A stretch of 64,000 nucleotides of DNA, taken from Octopus vulgaris (lineage: Eukaryota). The position numbers and the translations under genes are program-made. Shown one piece after another: positions 53,701 to 64,000 of this stretch. Where the stretch lies: NCBI GenBank assembly GCA_951406725.2, contig OX597828.1, positions 9,610,001 through 9,674,000 on the forward strand, given 5' to 3'. The notes below the pieces were generated by a model. It was given only the letters and a program-made list of their open reading frames with translations. It was not told the origin of the DNA and searched no databases. Each line of letters starts with the position of its first letter. Within the stretch, counting starts at the first letter, position 1.

Positions 53701-54982
53701 TCTCCAACATAGCGATCATAATTTTTGTTTCTTTTTGTTCTAATTTAGCACCAGGTCAACTCTCGTTGATCTAATTCTCTGTTTAGTAGAACGTATAAGT
53801 TTTTTAACGTATGTTTGTGATACTATCTAATGTCGGCTTTTGATTTTAAAAATCAATACGACGATATGATGAGGAATTTGAGATGTTATATCTAGTAGTT
53901 GAAAAAATGCATAGAGACCCGTTATTGGGTCATTTTGTTTTGATAAAATATTGATATACAAACATTAACATTAGCTAATAAAGCCCCGGATAACACGCCA
54001 GAATTCTTTGCAGAATTCGTTCTAGACACCTTGCTCTGAGTTCAAATTCCAAGAAAACAAAATTTGCGATCCATATTTCTCAGTGAATAAGTTAGGAAGC
54101 AATTAAGCCCCAGGTTCATTATTTTCCTTTCTCCTTTGCGTCCAAGGACCGTCAAAACTAGCTTTGCATTGCAGCCCCAACAAATTTGTGGCCACCATTC
54201 TCTGAAATCGCCAAAAATAAAAAAATCAGAGACGCGAGCAAGTAGTGATACACATACATAATACATACATACATCCATACATACATACATACACTAACGC
54301 GCGCGTGTGTCTGCGTGCTTGTGGGTTAAATGAAAAGTAATTTCCTCAAATATTTCTATGCTGCATTCATTCAAATGGACTCCGCCATATTCACCCAAAT
54401 GACATATACTCTGTCAGGGGGAAGTTTATTATTATAGACCGAGTCCTAAATTTTTGAGCTTGAGATCCTATTATTATTAACATATTATTTCTTGTTTGCT
54501 CTTTACAAAATTTCTGTGGCTTCGGGACCAGTATTTGTAATTGTCGTTTTTTTATTTCTTTTCATGATAATATAATTTTGAAACTAATAGTGACAAATTA
54601 ATATGTAGAAGTAACAAAACATAAAATATTTTACTCATTCATGAATTATTAGCTCTAAAAATATCCATCTAACACGTATGTATATATTTACATTGGATAT
54701 TTGAATCATATATTGCTGTGAATTACAATTGTATGTGACAATGTGTCAAACATAGTAGCTAGTATAGAAAATAATACATCGTTACTGAGGCGAGTCAAAG
54801 TGTTTAGTCCTGAAAGTTATCATGCATATAAATGTCTATAATATAACTTCGGACCTGGTGAAGAATATTTGAAACACTAATAAAATTTGATATGTTGTTC
54901 ACTGCTAATTTCAAGAGATACAACTTGAATTCAAAATGTTTTGAACATATATTTCATTAATGGAGAAACATGTAACATACGC

Positions 54983-55048
<66 letters not shown>

Positions 55049-55071
55049 GTGTATATTTAAAGGGCTAAAAA

Positions 55072-55371
<300 letters not shown>

Positions 55372-56436
55372 ATGTGGGTATTTATGTATGTATGAATACA
55401 TACATCTTGTGTGCGTATGTTCATTATTGATTTGAAAACTGAGTTGTCGATTCTTACGTATGGCATATCAAAACATTCACTAAACTTTTGGCAATCAAAT
55501 AAAGTATGATTTTGCACAACAAAAATAACCTCGAAAACGATGTCGGGTCACATAATGTTGAGGTCTTTAGCTAAGGGAGGCAACACTGCCCAAACAATCT
55601 TAGTTTTACAAGGAAATAAAACTTCGAAGAAATTTAGTTGATAATTTTTCAAGGTGATGTGTGTTTGTATTTTTATTACAGCCCAGTGTTGCCTCTGATG
55701 TAGCAGACGCATTGCATAGCTATTCTTTTTGTTCCTGAAATACTGTAAAACTCTGTCTTTTATTTGATGATAGCGTGTGTTTTAAGAGAGATTTGCTTCT
55801 GCATGTAGTAGCGGAAGTTACCACGCACACATATGTGTGTGTGTGCGTGTGTGTGTTTTGTTGTGGTGAAAGAAATACTATTTCTCAGAATATTTTGCAT
55901 AATAAATATTTTAAGAAATCTGGACAAATTTCTTACTGCTACGTATTCAACTTCAAACTACAATTGTTAATTGTTTGAAGTCGAATAGACTGACACAAAC
56001 ATATTGTATTATCGTATAGAGTGTGGAAGTTCAATGCAAAGTTTTGAGCTCATAAGTCTTTAAATATATTTTACTGGGTTTAGTCCTCTTCAAAAATTTA
56101 ATTGATCATAATGACCTCAGTTCGTATTTCAGTTTGCCATTTATTTTATAGATCACTACTCGAGGAACTGCTAATTTTGAGATATAGCGGGACGCAATAC
56201 TCGATATAATAACAAATGTAGACACACAGACACACAAACATTAGGTGCAAGAATGATTGTGTGGCTGAGAAGTTTGCTTCCAACGACATGGTTCCATGTT
56301 CATTCCCTCTGCATGATTCCTTGTACAAGTGTAAATATATACATCCATGAATGCTAAACACCTGGACAGGCACACACATATAGAAATACAAGACACATGC
56401 ACACATGGATGGCGGAAGGAGAGTGAGTTTACTGAA

Positions 56437-56587
<151 letters not shown>

Positions 56588-57262
56588 TCCACTGCGTTGT
56601 ATGTGGAAAATGTAAATTTGGTACGGTGACAATATCCTGAGATTTTCTCAGTGTGATTATTTACCAAGTTATCATTACCTCATAAAATGAACAAAGCTTC
56701 CTCAAGGCTCAATCCACAAACACATTCTTTATTGAACATTCTGTCTCTTTTTTTTTCTTCTTTTGATCTCCATATTAGGTCCGCTAGTGGTGTTGCGTGT
56801 CACCAGCTTATCTTTCGGAATGAGGGGATATGGTTGCGATAACACACCTCAAATTGGTTTTCAGAGACTGCGTATATATGTTGTAGTGTTGTGATAGTGC
56901 ATTTGTACATAATGTTGTTTTGCATGCATTGGTTCATGAGCGGGCATGCAGATTGCTTGTGACAGCGGTATTTTTATTGTTTTACAAATAGCTGTACTAT
57001 TATTGTTTTTGTAGTTATTTGATGATATTTTGCTTTTGTACTTGTGATGTTCCGGTTGATTAGCAGGATGTGTTGTGTTCTTGATGTTATTGACTGTTTT
57101 GTGGACTCATTTTTGAGTTTTTTGTTTGGATCCTGTTATAACTGTCGCGGTTGCTATCCGTGTTTTCGTGATCCCTATTGTGATTATTTTTGTTATTGTT
57201 CCTATACCCTGTGTTGTTTTGTTCTGTTTGTTCCTTATGTGTGGTCGTTATTTGCATTTATA

Positions 57263-57324
<62 letters not shown>

Positions 57325-57529
57325 ATATATACACATATACATATACATATATAACAATATATAATATATATATACATGTATATATATACATATATATAAA
57401 TATATGTATATACATAGATATATACATATATACGCACACACACAGTTAAGATATGTAGAATAATTTTTAAAGATAATCTAGACGGAGTGTTTGTAACAAA
57501 CCCAAAAACGCAAGATCAATAACCTATAA

Positions 57530-57740
57530 ATGGTTTCAAATTGTAGTACAAGGTCAGCAATTTTGGTCGAGGGGACTAATTGATTATATCGATTACAGTG
57601 CGTTAATGGTACTTAATTTATCAACTCTGGAAGGGTGATTGGTATACTGAACCCCGGTAGAACTTGAACGCAAAACGTAATGACGGGCGAAATGCCGCTA
57701 AGCATTTTGCCTGGTGTGCTAATTGTTCTGCCAGCTCGAA
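57530..57740 (-). mobile_element. Nin/Deu-type SINE, diverged
   Basis: Reverse-complement head (GAAATGCCGCTAAGCATTT...TTCTGCCAGCTCG). Confidence 0.7.
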
Positions 57741-58683
57741 GCACAAAGGCACATAATCGGTTAACGATTTAGAAGTGTAAGTTTATGTTGATACTGCCAT
57801 AATAACCGTCGAAAGGGCAGTCTCCATGCTTTGTCCGACTGGGATAAAAAGGAGCTGCAGTTACGCAGTAATAGTGTTGCCCGTAGTCATAGATGCAGTG
57901 CTGAATAATTAGCTGCAGGTCGGCAGTATTGTTCATGGAGTTAAATGTTTACATTGCTATTTGTGGTTGTGGTATTATATGTCGTGGTAGTAGTTGAGAC
58001 TAGAGTGCTTGCAGGAAGCAGCGCCTGTTATGGCTGCAGTGGTAACGACATTGGTTGCGGCAACGGCGAAGCGCTGGGGCGACTGGTGGCCTATAAAATC
58101 TTCTGTCCCAACTGTGAATGATACTCTATCTTTAGATTAGCTCCGCAACACTACAGGAATACTTGAATACGGAGAGTTTTCGTTGTCTCTGTCTATAGCC
58201 AATATGGAAGCGTTGATGATGTTCCTGCATTTAATTATGGGTTTCCAGAAGACAGAAGCGTTTGCTGTCAGGTATTTCTCCACTCGGCCGTGAAATGGCC
58301 AGATCGTATTGGCAGTGATATATTTTCTGCAGAAATATTTCCGGTAGTTTAGCGCGCCAGAACAGAGGCTTTTGAAAAGTGACTCCAATTGTAAATGGTA
58401 GAACTGTATACATATTCAATCTCATGCGGACGTCCCGTGTATAGTTCTGCGAATTATAGTTGCTAAGACAATCGCACTGACGAGTTTGCGGATGATTACG
58501 TAAATGAATACGTAATACATTCACAAGGATTAATCTATATTGTGTATCTTTCCCTTTCTCTTGCTCGCTTACGTTCTGGAGTTTGCTAAATTTTTTTGAG
58601 AATGTTATTTTCTTAGAGGTTAGGGCATAGCGGGTGTTGTCCTAGCACAATGGATGTCCCGTTACAGGTCATCCTTTTCATAA

Positions 58684-58721
<38 letters not shown>

Positions 58722-58726
<5 letters not shown>

Positions 58727-59019
58727 TTGATCACGTGACCGACCAGACCATCAGATGTTTTACACATCGCTGGTCACAATGCGTTCGCATTGTTTTAGCT
58801 TTCGAATGACGCCACCCCGCTGGCTAAGCGAGCAGGCCAACAGAAGAAAGAGAGAAAGAGTAGTGAAAGAGTACAGTTCGGATCACCACCCCCTCCCTGA
58901 GCATTGTGGAGCTTTTAGGTGTTTTCGCTCAATAAACACTCACAACGCCCGGTCTGGGAATCGAAACCGCGATCCTACGACCGCAAGTCCGCTGCCAATA
59001 CCACTAGGCCATTGCGCCT

Positions 59020-59021
<2 letters not shown>
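58722..59021 (-). mobile_element. tRNA-derived SINE family 3, full length with CACGTGAT tail
   Basis: Reverse complement of the 45712-45998 family. Confidence 0.88.
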
Positions 59022-59068
<47 letters not shown>

Positions 59069-59702
59069 CACAATTAAACAGAATTAGCGGTTGTAATAAC
59101 TGTCTAAGGGATAATAACTCTCCGTACGTACTATCGCTATCAGTTACCTGTGCTACCCCTAAGCATGGGTATAGAGGCAGACTATGCTGATAGGGTGCAG
59201 ATAATAACAGAATAAACAAAAGTTTATGAGGAATCAAATTTAAATAGTCAGACTATGGAGAAAACTTTTGATCCACAAACAAATTGACCAACGTCGGTTG
59301 ATTATTTTTTAATAAAGATCATGACATAACATTTATTACGGCCGTTTCCGCTTCCAATGTTAGTCGGTGTTTTCGGAAGAAATTTCGAAATTAATATCTG
59401 TCACAAGTTACAGAATGACAATGGATAAATTTGTATTTGATAAGTGCCAATACATGAAACTCTCAGCTTTTGATTTACTCTTGAACTTCTGCCGATGATA
59501 TATATGCATATTATACATACATGTGTAAAACAAATCTCATCACGCAAACCAATGAAAGAGCCTCTAACTAGTCGCTCGACTCGGCAAAAACAGCAGCCAA
59601 TGTATCTACCTATCCAGTATTTTATAAGGTAAAATCTTAACTCATTAATTGATGCATTATCATCTTATAACAGAAATGCCTGGAAAAATCATGGATTCCA
59701 GT

Positions 59703-60202
59703 AAAAAATGCGAACGTGAAAACTGATATTCCTAACATTATAAACCTGGAAAAGTACAGTACAAGGTATTACACCTGTAAAAGTATAGGACATACTATTA
59801 CTTCAAGTAAAGTAAGGAATATGAAAATTTTACTTAAAATAAAGTAGCTAAAATTAAAATTTGAATATTAAAAATTATTTTATTATGGTTTACAAATAAC
59901 ACTATACTTATTTAAGTAGAATTTGGCTAATTTACTACTTTAAATTACAGGAAAAGTGACTAATTAGACAAACTTACAAATTAGCTGAACGGTTTTGTAC
60001 AATAAATTTATAGGATGAGAACTGTAAAGATTGATAAATTAGAACTGGCATTCTTTGCTGCAATATTTTAAGTAAAAAAATTATTATTCTTTATTTTACT
60101 TGACGTAATAGTTTGTCCTATACTTTTACAGGTGTAATAACTTGTCTTGTACTTTTCCAGGTTTATAATCTGAAGAATATTATTTTTCATTCCCGCATTT
60201 TT
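59703..60202. mobile_element. fold-back/MITE-like element with ~140-bp imperfect TIRs
   Basis: Arms at 59703-59841 and 60064-60202, e.g. ATTATAAACCTGGAAAAGTACA with TGTACTTTTCCAGGTTTATAAT. No clear TSD. Confidence 0.8.
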
Positions 60203-60235
60203 CCATGTAATATATATATAACTATATATAGTTTA

Positions 60236-60336
60236 AATTTTCAGAAAACAAAAGACGAAGACAGGTGAAGAAACAACAATCAGGTATGTGCATTAGGTTA
60301 ACGAGAAGTGTGGAAAAGTCTTTCATGTTTCGAGAC
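60236..60336 (-). mobile_element. Penelope-like pLTR 3' fragment
   Basis: Reverse-complement similarity to 10205-10306; only the CTC-GAAAC half of the hammerhead remains. Confidence 0.6.
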
Positions 60337-63300
60337 GCCGGTGAATTTTTAAAAAATTACATCACAGAAATGTAAAAATGTAAGTGTTGTAGCCGATTTC
60401 GAAGCGGATTCGAAATGCTTTCGAAGCAGTGCCAGGCGAAAGAAAAAAGTTAAACGAAGGTAGATACGATCTAAATTTGTTTCAGTGTATTATTCTCTAT
60501 TTTCACCAAATTATAGACATGCATGAATTATAACATTGTTCATTTAAAAGAATAACAATAAAATTTATATCTTACAGCACGAGACTTGAGAATCTAATTG
60601 TGACGTTTATTACAATCATTTAGTTTATGTGACTTAGTTCAGAGAGTATAAATACTTCATTACTGCTGCCTATGTGAGTATTTCAGTACTCCAACAATAA
60701 AGGAATAATGTGCTTTACTTTGATAATTTCGAATCTCTTTAGAATAACAACTTTCATAAAAAGTCTGTTTCAGCTTACATAACAAAGTTCAGAAAAAATA
60801 GCGTATAGATCCAATTACCGAGTATCTTACTAAACGTCATTCCTTCTCTGACTAATGCACAAAACTATTATGAAATTCTTTAAACTAATAACTTAAGCCT
60901 TAATTAATTTATTTGATATAAGTTTGTCGATTCACACCAACATCATTACTGTATTATCATAGAACTGAAATCATTAGTAATGGTATTTTTGCATCAATTT
61001 TCATTGTAAAATATATTTAATATCTAAAATGTTTTCGAAAGCAGTTTTGTGAAACATATTTTCATGAAACATTATCCACAGGCTATACAAAATATAGATG
61101 TAAGTCATGACAGTTGCACTTAAACGTGCTCTTAGATAAGCATTCGTCAAATTAGAGTGCTACATGACATGTCATTTAAAGAACTGTTATCAAGTGGATC
61201 CATTAAATAAATTTCATTTTGATGTAGATATATTGAATCCATAAAGTCGTGGAGCAATGCAAACATTTTAAACACCATTTCTCTTGAGTGACATGATATT
61301 ATTTTTACATCGTTTTAAATATTTTTGTAGCTGTCAAATACAAAAATTTTAAACGCGAATGGTTATTCAGTTGTTTAAATATATTCATGGGAATAGATAA
61401 GGATTTTCCTGGCACACAATCTTATAAATATATCTCCTAGATGATTATTTTCAAGGCACATTTAAAACTGAAATATTGCGCCCTTCTGATTAAGTTTCTG
61501 CAAGGAATGAGTTATCCATCTCTCCAAATGTTATCAGCTTTAGGATACATATCTTTTCAGATTGGTTGGTTTATAACTTTGAAGTGGAGCTATGTGGGGT
61601 AAACTCTCGTTTCTAAATCCTTCATATCGCTGGAAATATCAAATTGATTAACATTATTCCTTCGTAAATTACTGTCACAAAAGGAGATATTGAATTTGCA
61701 CACTTATCGATTGATCAAATGTATATCTCTTAACATTATAATAACTATTATTTTGCAAACACAATGAGCATAATCAATTTATTGGAGTGTTTCTACTTAA
61801 AATATCTATCAATATTACAACGATTGATTATTATTTTTTTTTGTATTTCAACGAAAACTAGCTGACCTATATTCAAATCTTTTCTAGACATGATCATTTC
61901 GTCTGCCTTTCTAAAGCACATTGAATATAATATAGCAGTATACAGTGGGAGCAAATTTGATTAAGACAGAAGAGTGCGAGGGTTTGGCTGGATAACAACC
62001 TGCTATATTATGCACTAAAAGCGAACACACCAAAGTGCCTACTCAAGTTGTACCTTAGTCCTTATGTTTATGAAGATTGTTAAAATGTTACGGTGAAGTT
62101 TCAGATGTTGTGTAACTTTGATATTGATTTCAGTTTAAATTGGTTCTGATATATATCTGAAAATATTTCTACTATACAAGTACATATTTCTGTGTGAATT
62201 ATTATTAAAGAAGGATCTTATGTAATATTGAATATTAATAAAGACAACTCGAGTTTTCTCTGTTAGTTATTTTATTTATATCTAGTTATATGTGAGACAT
62301 TTCTTCTTTTTATGATGCAACCGTGGAGTTTTATAAACTTGCTTGTAATCTTGCAACTAGAAGTTACGAGAAGAAATTGTTATGCATCCAGGTGAGAGAA
62401 CGATATTTTTCATCTCTTCGCTGGAAGTCGATATGCAATATTTAGTTTGATTTTAAAGCAAGAATTTCATCAAAATTTGAAGTTATTCGAGGGATAATTG
62501 GTTGTTGTTTCTCACTAGTATATTGCAAGAGGTCGTTTGTAAGCTCAATTGTTTGTTAAAAGAAAGGAGAAATATACATAGAAAGAAATTTCAATTGGAC
62601 CTCAAAATATAAAAATAATAAAATATATAAAATAAGTAAACATGTCTTTAAAACTAAAAGCATCCTTGTCAATAAAAGAAATTTGTTTGAGTAAAATGGT
62701 AAGGGTTTTAATAGAAAGCTTTGTAAATATCAGTTCCAGTGTAGCATTCATAAAGTTAAAATCAGGTCCAGCTTAGAATGTGGATATTTTGACAAGGAGA
62801 ACAATGTGATCTCTTGTAATAGAATTTTAATTCACATTTTAGCATTGTAGACTCATTAATCAGGTATAATAATAGCCTTGTTATTATCTTATTATTATCT
62901 TATCAAAGAATATAATATTTGAACAAATTCCACTAGTCCAACCATTCATATAGGAACACATTGAGAAAATATATGTGTATTTGAAGAACGAATATTTAAT
63001 GGAAATGTATTTATTTAAATCAGTTTTCGAATAAAAGTTTAAGCTCATATATATATATATGTGTGTGTGTGTGTATGTGTGCGTGCATGTGTGTGCGCGC
63101 GCGTGTGTGTGTGTTTGTGTGTCTGTCTATCTGTTTGTGTATGTGCGTTTGTGTATGTGTGTGTATGTGTGTGTATTTGTGTGTGCGGGAGTGGATGTGG
63201 CCACTGAATGTAAAATACGTTACGAAGATGAATAGAAAATTCGAAAATACAACATATTGATACACATTTTTTCTTTTCTCATATTTTCAGTTACTATTAT

Positions 63301-64000
63301 TACGATGATTTGTTTTCGGCTTTTGTTTAATACTTTTACTGCTTTTAATAGGTTCTATTTTATTTTCATTGTCTTTTTTTTTATAAATGAAAATGAAAGA
63401 TAGAAATTAATTTGATAACGAAGGAAGACATTTCGAGTTTAGCTCTCTCAATAATTTTCTTTCTTCAATTTAGATGTTATTTTCTAAGATCTTAACGATA
63501 AATTGCTGTTAATAAAGTCGAAACGAGTTTGAATTATGCTGCAATAAAATGCTATCAAAGATTTATCTTTCTATTAAATCACAGAATCGTCTTTGTGAAT
63601 GGCAATCATCAGTTGACTTAGATAAAGAATTGGAAAACGAAAAAAAATAAGGCTACGAAAAGTTGATTTATTGGTGGTTTGGAACAAAACGAAATATAAT
63701 AATGAATATAAAAACAAGCGAAAATAAGCGAACAAAACATTTTGACATAAAATTTTATTTGATGCAAAAAGGACAAAGCTATAGTGCAGAATATTGTGTT
63801 TTATTACACTTTGCAGATCTGTATCATTAATCGTAAGAGATTGTTTTGACATACAGTTTGAGAATGAGGATAACAATTTTAATTGATTCAATGACTTCAT
63901 TGTTGTATATGCGTACTATATGATCCTTTTATCTGCTCTGTTTGCATCATTGCTTAATAGCAAATTCTGTTACTGTTTGCAGCCCGCAGTTACTATTTAG

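Noticed and set aside
57795-58095. Thr/Ala-rich coding exon on the minus strand
   Set aside because: It has stops in all frames and looks like eroded trinucleotide repeats.

Overview
AT-rich, microsatellite-saturated eukaryotic DNA, intergenic or intronic. The SINE repertoire (CORE-type, Nin/Deu-type and another tRNA-derived family) suggests an octopus or related coleoid cephalopod; this is an inference. I recognise no intact host protein-coding gene, and almost all listed ORFs are microsatellite or SINE artefacts. The window contains: about 25 SINE copies from three families; relics of CR1, RTE, Penelope-like (RT + GIY-YIG), mariner and Helitron (PIF1 fragment) elements; two families of GG...CC-ended MITEs with 8-bp TSDs (Merlin-like), one carrying TTAGGG repeats; a tandem pair of an element embedded in (AAT)n; and a full-length diverged U2 snRNA copy. 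The main signal is a set of hammerhead-ribozyme-like motifs in Penelope-like repeats. One (12837-12897, minus strand) has an intact core and all three stems, but its strands are in an order matching none of types I, II or III. Another family, present in two copies, has hammerhead geometry, a covarying hairpin and a non-canonical core. All alignments and pairings were done by eye, and element boundaries are approximate unless a TSD is given.
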